NCBI GenBank assembly: GCA_002269645.1 | Contig: NIVC01000558.1 | Span: forward strand, 310,001-374,000 | Direction of reading: 5' to 3' | Length of the DNA: 64,000 bases | DNA from: Macrostomum lignano | Taxonomy: Eukaryota | Part shown: positions 19,202-32,584 of the stretch, in pieces | Numbering within the stretch: position 1 is the first letter of the stretch | How the letters are laid out: the number at the start of each line of letters is the position of its first letter | Made by a program: the position numbers and the translations under genes | The notes under the pieces: model-generated | Database searches by the model: none | What the model saw: only the letters and a program-made list of their open reading frames with translations | Told to the model about the DNA's origin: nothing

Positions 19202-22200
19202 CAACTTCTTAATAATGAATTTTAATAATTAATTAAAATTGTGAACGTGAACTTTTTTGCTTGCACGTGAGTATTGATTGCTTTGATTTACTTCTTTGTC
19301 AATCTTTTGTAACTTTTTGCTGCACCTGTTAATGTTATTGAAGCAACCTTCCTATTTGTATTTTATTCGTAACTAATTAGCTTTCAAGTTTCAAATAAAT
19401 AAGTTACTTCATTTACCATATGCTTACTTTAAGTAATATAATACATACAAGTTTTTACTATTTTTATTATTTGTTCTTTTTAGCTAGTGAATTGCTTGGA
19501 TGACCTCTGTGCTTTGCTAAAAAGATGTAAAAACAAAAGCAATGCATTAGAAAGTCTGTTTTGGAAAAAAGTGCAAGATTTTGGTATTTACTTTGTTAAC
19601 TTTAATAGATTAATGCTTATCAACAATTATCAGTTAATTATCAACTAACAAAATTATGAGTTAAAAGTTAAGATTTTTTGTTTTAATGCTAACACTTTTG
19701 CCATTAATGGAAGTTAAGATTTTTATTAATGGTGCCTAACACTAATTATACCTAATAGTGGCAGTGCTGGTTTGGAATCTTGGATAATATCACTGAGTAA
19801 AATGACAGATCACCTTACAACTTGTAAAATAATTAAGGTGAATAGAAGTTTTCAAAATGACAAACTGTTTCTTGCAACTCAAGATTTCAAGCATACATGG
19901 AACAGATGATTCTAGTACTTTTAAAAATTAACACCCTAATTATCATATCAGTTTCAGTCTTTGGGATAATAATCATTAAAATATAAGAATTTCATTTAAA
20001 AATTATTGTGTTTCAAAAGCACAAGCTCTATTTCTTTCAAAAAGTTAGATTGAGCTTTAAACTGAATTCCAGTTGTTTTGCCCTTAAACAATTTTGGCCA
20101 TTTGACATTTTGCTCCTAGACCATTTTCCCATAGTCCACTTTGCCTATAAAACAGTTTGGCTATAGGCATTTCAGCCATAATGCTAATGGTAATCGTGTA
20201 ATTTAGAGATACAACTATATTATATATATATGTATCTTTAATTTTTCCTTTTTCAATATTAATTTTTTGTTTTTACTAGTGCATAATGCCCTATAGGGGG
20301 TATTAAAATTCATAATTCAAACATTAAAAGCATTAAATTTTTTTGAATTTTTGACCTACTAACTTTTGATAGAAAGTTTATATGCCAATTTGCCAAATTA
20401 ATTTGAATCAATTGGGCCCATTAGCTACTGCCCCCTATCTAAAACTATGCCACCTAGTGTTATATTCATAAAATAAGACAAACAAGATCAGAGCAGTTTA
20501 GGGGGTTGATAAATTTTAGGCCAGCTTTTTAACCCCCTCCCTATGTACCCACTCTTATCAACAATAATAAAATTCAACCAACCCCATAAACTGCAAGCCT
20601 GCTGCGCTAAAGGTCATAAAACTCCTTCAGCCTAATTGTGGTAAATGTACATCTTACACTGTACATTGGCCAAGGAAAGGCCTGAATGGTTGAAATGAGC
20701 AATTAAATTTAGAAATGGAATGCCTTTTGAAAGCATTAAGAATCATTTTCAAATATTTAATCCACTTCCCATTCAAATTTTTCATTAAAAAAGTTATGCA
20801 TAATCCCTAAAAACAGACTTTTTTAAAGCAAATTTGAAACAAAATTGCCAAATAATTCTTAAAAAACAACAAACAGATAGACAGACAGGCAAATAGTGCA
20901 AAATTAGTATATAAATTTGTATTTATTGTTGTTATAATGCAAGTTAATTATTAAATTGTGTTTTGTGATTTATGGTTTTTAATTATTATGAGTTTTTTTC
21001 AAAGAAAGTAATTCCTTTCAAAAGTGCATAAGCCATTTTAATCAGAGTTAGTATTAAGATCTGTCAACTTTCTGCAAGTTTGGACATCCATTGCCACCTT
21101 TGCCAAATTGGTCCAATTGGCTTAGAGGCAAAATAGTCCATAACCAATATGGTTTAGGGGCAAAATGTTTATGGACAAAATGGTTTATGGGCAAAATGAC
21201 TAGTTAACCTTAAACCACTTACACATGATGTCTTAAATATAATGGCTCCACTGCATGGAGGCCTTGGTTTCAATTTTGTATAAATATAAAAATCTATAGA
21301 TAATAAATAGTGTTTCTACTATAAGAGAGGTCCATGTGCTATAGCTATAGCCATAAGCAAAACTACCACTTATTCTAATTCTTTGTATTCTATAGCCATA
21401 GGGATTCCAATATTACCATATTCCTATAGCCGTAGCCATAGTTTTGACAAAAATTCTCAATAATAAAGTACTTTGAATCAGGAAAATATAAACCAAGTAA
21501 CTAACTGCAAGGGTTGTTTAATAGACTGCAAAGATAAAAATTTGCAAAACAAATCAGCAAACTAGCTGTGTTAAACAAGAAATATATTACTAATATTTAG
21601 CAAAATGGGCAACGCTTGCCTCCCTACTCAGTCTTTGGACTGCCTTGCAGCTTAGGTTATTAACATTGTAAAACATATAAAAGCAAAGGAAACACTAAGA
21701 AAGCATTTACTGGCCATATTTGTTTATTTGAATTATAAACAATTGCAATTATAAATTATATCACTTCTAAAATGGAAAATATATTTTAAAATTTCCTTTT
21801 ATTTATTGTATTTTATTTGGTATAATTTATAAGACTTTAAATCTACTATACAGTTTTCCAGGGTATCTTTGTTTTATTCTACCAATAATTTTTTCATTTT
21901 TTAAATTTATAACTATGGCTATATGAATCTACAGAATGTGACAGCAATTGCTATATTTCCATAGTTGTAACCATAAGAGCAACTATCTACTAGAGGCATA
22001 TCCGTAGTTGCCATAAGCATTTATTTTACCATATTTTCCATAAGATCCCATAGCCATAGCCAGGTAGAATACTAATTATAAGATAGAGTATGCCTATGAT
22101 AGTATGCACCCCTTTCAATTTTAGAAGACAATAATTTTGATATTATTCATACTATTAATATTTGTATTGTTATTAGCAAATGATCATAAAACAAGAAATT

Positions 22201-23626
22201 AGCAATTGTACTTAATGGTTTTGACAAAAATAGTTATAGCATATAGCATAAACAAACCTATTTGATAGGAATAGTTTCAGTGCACACAGTGCAAGCAAAC
22301 TTTTTATAGGATAATTTAGAACGTGTTTTTATATATAGTCATTTTGTCTGACTTGACTGCGTTTTATTTGCTAGTTAACAAAATGACTTTTAATTGTTGT
22401 ATAATTTTGTTTATTGTAAAATGTCACCAAATCATTATTAGAGTTCTATTATTATAGTTATGAATATAGCTATGGAAAGTTTTGGAAACAGAGGTTTTTT
22501 AGCAAAGCATATGGATATTGTTATGGGAACACATAGTTCTTATATCTAGATCCTGTATCTAATAATACCAATTAACTAAAACTTAAACAAGCATTGGAAC
22601 TATTGACTTGATTGGGATAGGTTATTGGAAATAAATGAATGCTGCCAGTTTGAAAGTTGGAAGAACATTTGAGTCCCTAAAATTTTCAATGCCTTGTTTA
22701 CATTGTGGTTGCATGGTAGGAGCTAAAGTTTATATAAATCACTTTCAGGGGAGCTTTATAAGTCCCTAGGGTTAGGGACTATGATGGGATTAGGACTGTG
22801 GGAGCTAAATTTAAGAAGATTGAAACTACATGCATATTGAGATTAAAATGAGGGGGTTAAGGTTAAGATAAATGTTTTTACTTTCAATATAAAAGTTAAA
22901 ATAAGCACGTTGTGGCTGGGATGGTAAGGGCTTAAGTTAAGATGAATGAAGCCAATGGGGAAGCCACCTAGCATTTGCCACTATCAAAGGCTAGATTGCA
23001 AAGGAGTCTTCTTGGAAACCAATTGATGAGTTAGGCCATCACCCTCACAGAATATTTTGCATAGTAGTAATTGGAAATTTTGTTAATTGAGTTACTTGAA
23101 CAATATATGAAAATATTTCAGGAGAGAGATGAGAGGTAGAAAAGAGGGAGTCAAAGAAGGGGAAAATAAAAGATGATCTTGTCATTTGCCCTTGGCCTGC
23201 AGCTTGAGCAATATTTATTGTTCAAGCTATTGTTCAAGCTAGATATTTGCATAGCAGAAGGCATCTGACCAGATAACATGGCTAGTCAGTTGAAGTTGTT
23301 GCCTGCATAGCAGGTCAGGCCACATCAGGCGCACCCTTGTGTAAAGCACAGCTAATAAAGTATATTGAGTCTTATTAACCATTATAAGGTGCATAAAATT
23401 CTTCTAAAAACTGTAAGCAAACAAGTTGCTATTTACCATAATTAAAAACATTTACATTAGTAAGTATATGTTTGTACGTATATTAAACCCTTTTGAAGTT
23501 GTATACTTTAGAGAAATAATATGGAAACCTTTATATATTTATCCTTAGAAATACTTATAATTGTTTAATATTCAATAGTTAAATGGCAAAGAATGCAACC
23601 AACTAACACACAACACAAAAATTTAG

Positions 23627-24174
23627 AGCTGCTTGCTGGCGCAGACCTGAACGATCTCACAGTGAAGAAGGTGCGCAAAGAGCTTGAGCAGCGACTCGGA
23701 GTCAGCCTAGCAGATAGGAAGACTGATATTGAACAGGCAATCGAGGCTGTACTGACAGCCCGCGGCAACAGTGCTAGCAACCAAGATGAAGCTAAAAGCA
23801 GCAATAGCGGCAATGAAGATAAACATGATGATGATGATGACACAGACTCCAGCTTATCCGAACTAGAAGACGCTGCTCCATCAAGGAAATCGGCAAAACT
23901 GTCTTCAGCTTTATCCGCTGCAGCAGCTTCGTCTTCTGCTTCTGCAAAAAAGAAGCAGAAACCTCAGACAGACGAAGAATTGGCCAGGGAGTTGCACCTG
24001 AAAGAGAATGGCTTAACAACCCGTCGGCGTAGGACTGTCGGCTCAAGCGGTGATTCTTCCGCTACTAAAAGCAGAAAGACGCCAAGAAAATCTGGCGGCG
24101 GATTCTCCAAGCCGTGCGCGTTGAGTCCCGCATTGGCCAGCGTTGTTGGCTGCGACTCCATGCCCAGACAGCAG
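23627..24174 (+). CDS. DEK-C/SWIB protein (UAF30/Tri1/spp27-like), exon 2
   Basis: TTTAG| LLAGADLNDLTVKKVRKELEQRLGVSLADRKTDIEQAIEAVL (DEK-C); acidic/basic linker; GGGFSKPCALSPALASVVGCDSMPRQQ|GTGGGT (SWIB start). Confidence 0.88.
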
Positions 24175-24344
24175 GTGGGTGCAAGCATTGTGGCAGCCAC
24201 ATTTAGAGACGGGTGTTTTGGCGAGGCATTCCAAATTAGCACTCTAAAAGGCACTCTATTGTTGTCACTGTATGGGCATTCCACTTTGTTACTTAAATGC
24301 ATATCTAAATTTTATTATAAAGTCTCTAAACTTTATAGTGACTC

Positions 24345-24780
24345 TACTTTGACAAACCTTTCACTCCAAACGTCACAAACCTGTCACTCTAAAAGTCACG
24401 AATCTGTCACTCTAAACGTCGAAAACCTGTCACTCGGAAAAGTCACAAACCTGTCAGTCTAAGTCGCAAACCTGCCACTCTTAAAGTCACAGACCTGTCA
24501 CTCTAAATTTCACAGACCTGTCACTGTAAAAGTCTCAAACCTGTCACTCCAAATGCCATAAACCTGTCACTAAAAGTCACAGACCTGTCACTCTAAATTT
24601 CACAGACCTGGCACTAAAAGTCACAGACCTGCCACTCTAAAAGTCACAGACCTGTCACTCTAAAAGTCATGGACCTGTCACTTGAAAAGTCACAAATCTG
24701 TCACGGATCTGTCTCTGTCACTCTGTCACTCTGTCTGTCACAAATCTGTCACGGATCTGTCAGTCCTAAAGTCACATTGC
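24345..24780. repeat. About 22-bp minisatellite (AAAGTCACAGACCTGTCACTCT) in SWIB gene intron 2
   Basis: Imperfect tandem copies. Confidence 0.9.
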
Positions 24781-24868
24781 TTTTCACTTTGTAAGCACTC
24801 TTGCAAGCCCAATGAGAGGCACTCCACTTGGCACTATGAGACACAATCAATTCTCCTTCATCACGCAT

Positions 24869-25036
24869 GTGGTGAAGCGCCTGTGGGACATCGCCAAGGA
24901 GCGCGAAATGTTCGACCCGAAGAACAAGCAGTTTGTGATTTGCGACGCAGAGTTTGAGCAACTGTTTGGGAAAAAGCGACTTCGAATGTTCGCTCTGATG
25001 AAGTATCTGAAGAATCACGTTAAAAATGTGGACTAA
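24869..25036 (+). CDS. DEK-C/SWIB protein, exon 3 (rest of SWIB domain)
   Basis: VVKRLWDIAKEREMFDPKNKQFVICDAEFEQLFGKKRLRMFALMKYLKNHV-stop; the expected acceptor reads CAT rather than CAG, so the 5' boundary is uncertain. Confidence 0.82.
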   Translation: MVKRLWDIAKEREMFDPKNKQFVICDAEFEQLFGKKRLRMFALMKYLKNHVKNVD

Positions 25037-25244
25037 TTGGACACCGAGAAGGGCAGTTTTCCTGTTTTTTAATTTACATAATCTGTATTTGTAAGTGGTT
25101 CATTCAGCATTCAGCTTATTATTTTTGGAGATTCAAGATACAGTAGGAACAAGCTCTGTCTTCAACTCAACGCCTCGGCCTCACAGTTTATTGAATCGTC
25201 TTTCTATTAAGTAAGTCGCTCATTTCAGCTTATCTCGCTAAATA

Positions 25245-26050
25245 ATAGGTCATAAATCCCATTTGAGAATGGGTCATAAATTCGATTTAAGAATCGGTCA
25301 TTGATCCATTTGAGAATCCGTCATAAATCCCATTTGAGAATGGGTCATAAATAGCATTTGAGAATCGGTCATTGATCCCAGTGTAGAATCGGTCATAAAT
25401 CCTATTTGAGAATCGGTTATTGATCCCAATGTAGAATCGGTCATAAATCCTATTTGAGAATCGGTCATTGATCCCAGTGTAGAATCGGTTATAAATCCTA
25501 TTTGAGAATCGGTTATTGATCCCAGTGTAGAATCAGTCATAAATCCTATTTGAGAATCGGTCATTGATCCCAGTGTAGAATCGGTCATAAAGCCTATTTG
25601 AGAATCGGTTTTTGATCCCATTTGAGAATCCGTCATAAATACCATTTGAGAATCGGTAATTGATCCCAGTGTAGAATCGGTCATAAAGCCCATTTTAGAA
25701 TCCGTCATAAATCCCATTTAAGAATCCATCATAAATACCATTTGAGAATCGGTAATTGATCCCAGTGTAGAATCGGTCATAAAGCCCATTTGAGAATCGG
25801 TTATTGATCCCAGTGTAGAATCGGTCATAAAGCCCATTTGAGAATCGGTCATAGATCCCAGTGTAGAATCGGTCATAAAGCCCATTTGAGAATCGGTCAT
25901 AAATACCATTTGAGAATCGGTTATTGATCCCAGTGTAGAATCGGTCATAAAGCCCATTTGAGAATCGGTCATAGATCCCATTTTAGAATCGGTCATTGAT
26001 TCCATTTGAGAATCGGTCATAAATCCCATTTTAGAATTGGTCATTAATCC
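25245..26050. repeat. 24-bp minisatellite with alternating variants (48-bp higher-order unit)
   Basis: TCATAAATCCTATTTGAGAATCGG alternating with TCATTGATCCCAGTGTAGAATCGG. Confidence 0.93.
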
Positions 26051-27034
26051 TAACATCTCACTTGATGAAAGTTTCTTTTATATTTAACTTTAAGTACTGT
26101 ATATGAAATATTTTTACTTTCAAGTAGCTGTCCTACTACTTGCAGTAACAATTGTAAAATTCAATGCTTATATAAATTGTCAATTATTATTTAAAAGTAA
26201 TACTTTATCTTATACTACTGACTATATAAGTAGTTGAACTGCGTTGCCTCTTCATCTCTGGCTGCAGTAGTAGCCAAGCGGCTTTCATGAAAGTTCATAA
26301 AAGTCCCATTTGCAATTGCCATACAATGTTGCATTTTGTCACCCGTTATCGCGTATTGAATATGAAAATGCAAAGTTAAACTGACTACTCAATAAATAGT
26401 AGCTTATGAGCGCACTGTCTCCGGTCAGAATTGTACTGTAGACACACGCATTCGCTGCAATAAATGTCTTGAAGGTGTGTTTTGTTTTAACCATCTTTTG
26501 TATAGTACCAAGAGTACTTTAAGCTGCTTTTCACTTCAGTCAAACAAACAAAAAATAATATTAAATATTATTAAATAAAATGACCTGTGGACTGTTTTGT
26601 TCCATCTGTTTGCCCCACCTGTTGAAGTTAAATTGCTGTCTAATTATGTCCTTTGCATTCATTTTTTCATTGTTTCAATATTAACAACAAGAAACAACTT
26701 AGCAGTCACTGATTGGCAGGTGAAAACTGTCACAAATCACGAAAAGAGAACACTTATGAGTGTGTTTATTTGTGTGTATCAATTTTTTATTTCGATAGCA
26801 AGGCAAATCACAGAGTTTCAAGTGGAAGATTAAAGCTTTAGCGTCCTTCACAAGGGCGCCGCACAGTGCATATCACAAAATTTACGTTTTTTCTTTAGAC
26901 ACACCAGAAAGATTTCAAAACTATATCAAAAGATTAAAAAAGAAAATGAGCCAGTTTTATTATTACAAGATAGAAAAAATACGGTTGAGGAGGCAGATCG
27001 ACCTAGCTTAGTCAATTTTAATTGTATCTTGATA

Positions 27035-27600
27035 AGCAAGATCTGCTTGTCTTAGCCAATAGAATCGTAGCTTAAATCTAATTGGTGAAAAGGAGCCAGA
27101 TCAGCTCAACTCTTAACCAATAGAATTTAGTTCGAATCTGATTGGTCAAAAAAGCCAGATCAGCTCAACTCTTATCCAAAAGAATTTAGCTTGAACCTGA
27201 TTGGTCAAGAAAAGCCAGATCAGCTTGTCGTAGCCAATAGAATCGTAGCTTGAATCCGATTGGTCAAGAAAAGCCAGATCAGCTTGTCGTAGCCAATAGA
27301 ATCGTAGCTTGAATCTGATTGGTCAAAAAAGCCAGATCAGCTTGTCGTAGCCAATAGAATCGTAGCTTGAATCCGATTGGTCAAGAAAATCCAAATCAGC
27401 TTGTCTTAGCCAATAGAATCGTAGCTTGAATCCGATTGGTCAAGAAAAGCCAGATCAGCTTGTCTTAGCCAATAGAATTGGAGCTTAAATCTGATTAGTC
27501 AAGAAAATCCGAATCAGCTTGTCCTAGCCAATAAAATTCTAGCTTAAATTCTATTGGCTAAGAAAACTCAGTTGATTTTATCAGCCTGGTTTCTAATTGG
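27035..27600. repeat. 59-bp tandem repeat, each unit with CCAAT and ATTGG
   Basis: GCCAGATCAGCTTGTCGTAGCCAATAGAATCGTAGCTTGAATCCGATTGGTCAAGAAAA, about 9-10 copies. Confidence 0.93.
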
Positions 27601-27658
27601 TCGATCAGTGCGCCTCAGACAATGGTAGATAAAGTTAAGTAGCAGCTTCTGCAGCCAA

Positions 27659-28193
27659 TCAGGGCAGAGCAAGGCTCTGATCAGCCAGCTGGGAGTTCAT
27701 ATTCGCCTGTCGCTGGTCGGCCCTCCTGCCCATCCTATTGGCCTTGTTGGCCAGGTGAAACTCCAGGTCTTTCTCCCGAGTCCACCTGGGCGCAAGCAGT
27801 CCGGCCGGCGTCACTGGCACGTTGGTCTCCGGCATTTTCTGACCGTAGGGAAACTGCTCAGAATCTGCCGCTGTGGCCGCAGCAGCCGCTGCCGCCGCCG
27901 CAGTTTCGGCTTCTTCGGCCGCAGCCGACCTGTCCAGGAACTCCTGCCGCACCATCTCTGGTGTGAGTCCGGAGCCGCCGTCCTCCTCGTCTGGCAGCAC
28001 GTGACTCGCGTCCTCTTCGTCGAGGCCATCGAGAAAGTCGGGGAGCGGCTCGCCGATGCCGGTGGTCTCAGTGTCGAATGGGTTGGTCCAGCGGGGCACC
28101 CAGACCCGGGTGAGGGTGGGCGTGTTGCCCAGAGCGGACAGGCCGGGGGAGGCGAGCTTCTTCCAGCTGGTGACGCCGCGGACAATGTCGCGT
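27659..28193 (-). CDS. CFAP221: CFAP221/PCDP1 exon 6 (terminal)
   Basis: RDIVRGVTSWKKLASPGLSAL...LTPEMVRQEF...-stop; the six exons join in frame to 941 aa. Confidence 0.88.
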
Positions 28194-28214
28194 CTGCGCA
28201 GATGAGTTGATAGT

Positions 28215-28397
28215 AAATTATCTAACTAACCAACTGACTAACTAACTAACTGACCAACTAAGCAAATAGCTAACTATTTAACTAAATAATTAACTCGATA
28301 ACTAACTAACTAAGCAATTAACAAACTAAATAATTAGCTAGCTGGCTATCTAACTAGCTAACTAAATAACTGACTAACTAACTAACTAACTAACTAG

Positions 28398-28431
<34 letters not shown>

Positions 28432-28460
28432 GACTAACTAACTAACTAACTAACTAACTG

Positions 28461-28496
<36 letters not shown>

Positions 28497-28632
28497 GCTA
28501 ACTAAGTAACTAACTAACTAACTAACTAACTAACTAGCTAACTAACTAACTAACTAACTAACTAGCTAACTAACTGACTAACAAACTAACTAACTGACTA
28601 ACTAACTAACTAACTAGCTAACTAACTAACTC
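28215..28632. repeat. (TAAC)n microsatellite filling CFAP221 intron 5
   Basis: Direct inspection. Confidence 0.97.
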
Positions 28633-28638
28633 CCTTAC

Positions 28639-29239
28639 CTGTCTAAGCAGTCCCTCCTGCTGCCATATCTGGGCAGCGGGCACAGTCTGTAGTCAGGGTC
28701 GGTCTCCAGATAGGCAGGTGGCTGGTCGAAGGCCCGCATTCCGGGCGCGGGGTTGAAGGCGTGCATGGGGTGGTACTGGGTCGGCCGGGCCAGCGCCTCG
28801 GGCGGCTGCAGCAGCAGCGGCACCTCCGCCTCGGCGCTCTCCGCCTCAATTTCGCCCAGCGTTGCCACCCGGAAATCTTCCGTAGCCTGCGAGGCCAACG
28901 GCACCTCGACCAGCTCGTCGATGGCACCCTGGCGGAGCTGGCGAGGCCTGGCCGCGGTCACGTGACCCTTGGACAGGGCGTGCACGTCCACCCTGTCGTA
29001 GTGCTGCAGCTGGTAGTGCAGCGGCACCTGCAGCGGGTGGAAGGCGTAGCTTCTCCGACAGACCGGCTGCTCCGGCATCGGGGGGAACAGCGGCGGCGCA
29101 GCCTCCTCCATCTTCTTGATCTGTTGAGCCGTCTGGTGAGTCGGGAAGGTCAGCGTGCCGACGCTCTCGAGCTGCAATTGGCTGTCCTTCAGCTGCTCCT
29201 CAGCGAGCTCCTCGTCCTCCTCTTTGCGCTCCATGTCGG
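28639..29239 (-). CDS. CFAP221: CFAP221/PCDP1 exon 5
   Basis: SYAFHPLQVPLHYQL...RQLRQGAIDE...QPPEALA...AFNPAPG...YLETDPDYRLCPLPRY; phase 1 acceptor and AG|GTAAGG. Confidence 0.88.
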
Positions 29240-29399
29240 CTGCGAGGATTATCAAAGAGGATTAATGACGTAGGGATTGAAATTTGAAAGCGATTACGAG
29301 CTAGTGTTGATCTCACGATAAGAAATGTGGATTAGGAATAAATATACGAATTGTAGAGTTGAGGGATGGCATCGGGAAGTAGTGATAAAGATTGAGATT

Positions 29400-29830
29400 A
29401 TCGATGGGGGATTAGGGATCAGAGTTGGATTAAGGGTGATAATAGGGATTAAGGGTCAATTTAGGATTAGGGTTCTAGTTTGGGATTAAGGAGTCCAGGT
29501 TGGGATGAAGGGTCCAGGTTGTGATTAGGGATCAGGATTGGGATTAGGGGTCCAGGTTGGTATTTAGGGTCCAGGTTGGGATTAGGGGTCCAGGTTGGTA
29601 TTTAGGGTCCAGGTTGGGATTAGAGGTCCAGGTTGGAATGAAGGGTCCAGGTTGTGATTAGGGATCAGGATTGGGATTAGGAGTCTAGATTGGGATTTAG
29701 GGTCCAGGTTGGGATTAGTGGTCCAGGTTGGGATTAGTGGTCTAGGTTGGGATTAGGAGTCCAGGTTGGGATTAGGGGTCCAGGTGGGGATTAGTGTTCA
29801 GGATTTATGATTAGGGATCAGAATTGGGAT
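29400..29830. repeat. 18-19-bp minisatellite (GGGATTAGGGGTCCAGGTT)
   Basis: Imperfect tandem copies. Confidence 0.9.
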
Positions 29831-30384
29831 GATAGATCAAAAATGAAATAAAAAGCAGAATTTTGAGTACTTTTGAGTGGGCTTTGGATTAAGGATGATC
29901 ACACCTAGAATCTTAGAAGTGCGAGTGCCAGATAACTTCAGATGCAAAAGTGAACTTGGGTTAAAACTTCATCCTGCATCACACAGCAAAATCGGTACAA
30001 TCGGTGCAATAAAAATATTCTGCAACTGTTACTAAAAGAAGCTTTTAGCTAAAACATAAAAATTTCAAATTCGATTATTAGAGTCAAACGGAATACAATG
30101 TGCATTGTTGCAGACGCTAAATAAATTTTAAGTTTTGCATTCGCACTCGGTGAATATAATTGACCTCAACTTGTGCAACCTTATTCTTCTTCAAAAAAGT
30201 TGTGCAATGTGTCTATTGTTGCTTTTAAAACTCTACAACTAATTATAACTTACACAGAAACGGTATGAAGGCGTTTTCTGAAATAATATTATTGTTTATT
30301 AATTTGCTTGGAAATAAAATCAATTCATTAGGCGAGTTTTTTATCATAAACATTGTTCAGATTGTGGTTAAATAAAATGCAGCG

Positions 30385-30815
30385 AATTTGATCACTGTTG
30401 CTAGGGGCGCAAATTTGGTTGCTAGGCCCGGTAGAACCCCTAGTTGTTTGGGCCGCTAAAATTCCAGTTACTAGGGATGCCAATATGGTTTCTAAGGACA
30501 CTGAAATCTCCGTTTCAAAGGACGCTAACACGGTTGTTAGGGGTAACCGAAATTCCAGTTGCTAGGGACGCCAATATGGTTGCTAAGGACACCGAAATCT
30601 ACGTTTCTAAGAACGCTAACACGTTGCTATGGGGACCTCAATTCCAGTTGCTAGGGACGCCAATATGGTTGCCAAACTCGCCGAAATTCTTGTTGCTAGG
30701 GACACCAACGCCTGTTACTAAGGATACCAAAAGGGTTGTTATAAGCGCCAATATATGGTTGCTAGGGCCATTAAAATTCCTGTAGCTAAGGGTTGCCAAT
30801 TTCGGTTGCTAAGGC
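30385..30815. repeat. Degenerate about 20-bp repeat (GTTGCTAGGGACGCCAATAT / GTTGCTAAGGACACCGAAAT)
   Basis: Recurrent TTGCTA(G/A)GG motif at regular spacing. Confidence 0.8.
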
Positions 30816-30941
30816 CACCCAAATTAGATGTAAAGGTCTCTAAAACTGTTGTAGTCTGTGTTGAAACCACAGCCTTAAGCAAGCTATAGTTGAAAGCGAC
30901 CTTCAGTCCGACACACAAACAACGCTAGCAGCTCTACTCAC

Positions 30942-31239
30942 TAGTAGTCAGGGCAGCGTATTTCCCTTTGCCCCAGTCGATGAACAGCTGCCTCAATCCG
31001 GCCAGTTTCTCGTCCGCCCGCCGTCTGACGATCACCTTCCAGGCCGCCTGCACAAATCGGAATCTCGCCGACCACCGACTCTCCCATTTGTCGTTTTTGT
31101 ACAGGTCGAAATTGGCTGTCGGCGTGGGCGCCGAATCTTGGCCGTCGGACGCGTCCACTTGACGCCGGGTGCGTCGCGACTGGGCCTCGGTGTCGGAGCG
31201 CTCCAGCTCCTCGGCCGGCGTCGGGTCGCCGCGCTTTCT
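30942..31239 (-). CDS. CFAP221: CFAP221/PCDP1 exon 4
   Basis: RKRGDPTPAEE...FDLYKNDKWESRWSARFRFVQAAWKVIVRRR; CGCAG| and A|GTGAGT. Confidence 0.85.
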
Positions 31240-31294
31240 CTGCGGGTCGAAGAGTCGGTGGGGACTCACTTTTTGACAGTGCCGTGAAAAGTCG

Positions 31295-31870
31295 TCTCTT
31301 AAATCAAAAATCGTCCTATGAATAAAAATCGCATCATGAATAACAATCACCCCTTTAATAAAAATCGCCCCATTAATAAAAATCGTCCCATTAAAAAAAT
31401 CGCCCCATGATTAAAAATCGCCCCATTAATAAAAATCGTCCCATTAAAAAAAATCGCCCCATGATTAAAAATCGCCCGTTAATAGAAATCGCCCCATTAA
31501 TAAAAATCGCCCCATTAATAAAAATCGCCCCATTAATAAAAATCGCCCCATTAATAAAAATCGCCCCATTAATAAAAATCGCCCCATTAATAAAAATCGC
31601 CCCATTAATAAAAATCGCCCCATGATTAAAAATCGTCCCATAAAAAAAATCGCCTCATGAATAACAATCGTCCATGAATAAAAATCGTCCCATGAATAAA
31701 AATCACCTCATGAACAAAAATCGCATCATGAATAACAATCACCCCTTTAATAAAAATCGCTCCATGAATAACAATCGCCCCATGAATAAAAATCGCCCCT
31801 TGATTGAAAATCGCCCCATGATAAAAAAACCGCCCATAGAAAATAAAAATCGCTAATGATGGAAAATCGC
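31295..31870. repeat. 18-bp minisatellite (TAAAAATCGCCCCATTAA)
   Basis: Homogeneous core with degenerate flanks. Confidence 0.93.
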
Positions 31871-32584
31871 CCTGATTAAAAATGATTAAAAATCCAGCTT
31901 TCAAAAAGCAGTCAGTAAAAACCATTAATTAAACCTTTAAAAAGTCACATTTCCCTCGAAAGAGTTTCCCCCACAAAAAAATTCCCTTTTAAAATTGACA
32001 TTTAAAAATTATATTTCAATCATCTGCGCAGTTTTTTGAAAATTGCGGCAAACTTTAACCTAGTTTCAACTTTTTAAGTACATGTATTACGAGCTATGTA
32101 AATTTCTTTGGTATGCAGACAGAAGGAAGGGATTGTGGTTTCTGGTTGTCATGGAAACGCCAAAAAACATTAGGACTGGGTTATATACTAAAAGTACTAT
32201 AATTTTCGAACCGGGTGGTGCCTCCAGTCAATCATTGAGATAAGAATACAGCATGCATGTGGAGGAGACTAAACTACAGTAGAGGAACAAGCACGCACAG
32301 TGCATAGAGAGTCAATCCATCATGCATGCCAGTCTGCATCCGAAATGCAATATGCAAATACATGCGTGCCCTGTTCTAATTTTTTCAGCATTATTGCCTA
32401 CTGCCTTGAGTTTCTTTGCTTCTATCTAAATTGAAGATGCACAGTTATAGCCTCGCTGGCTTTGTGTCTTCTATAGTTTTACTTTCGGTGTACACTTATT
32501 TTTGAAAGTAAATTTAATGCTAGTAGTAGGCTTTTACTACTTTTGTTTTTTTATTTGGAAATGCAAAGAGACCTGGGTGGGACG

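Noticed and set aside
29400-29830. Interstitial telomere
   Set aside because: TTAGGG appears only as part of an 18-19-bp unit, not as tandem hexamers
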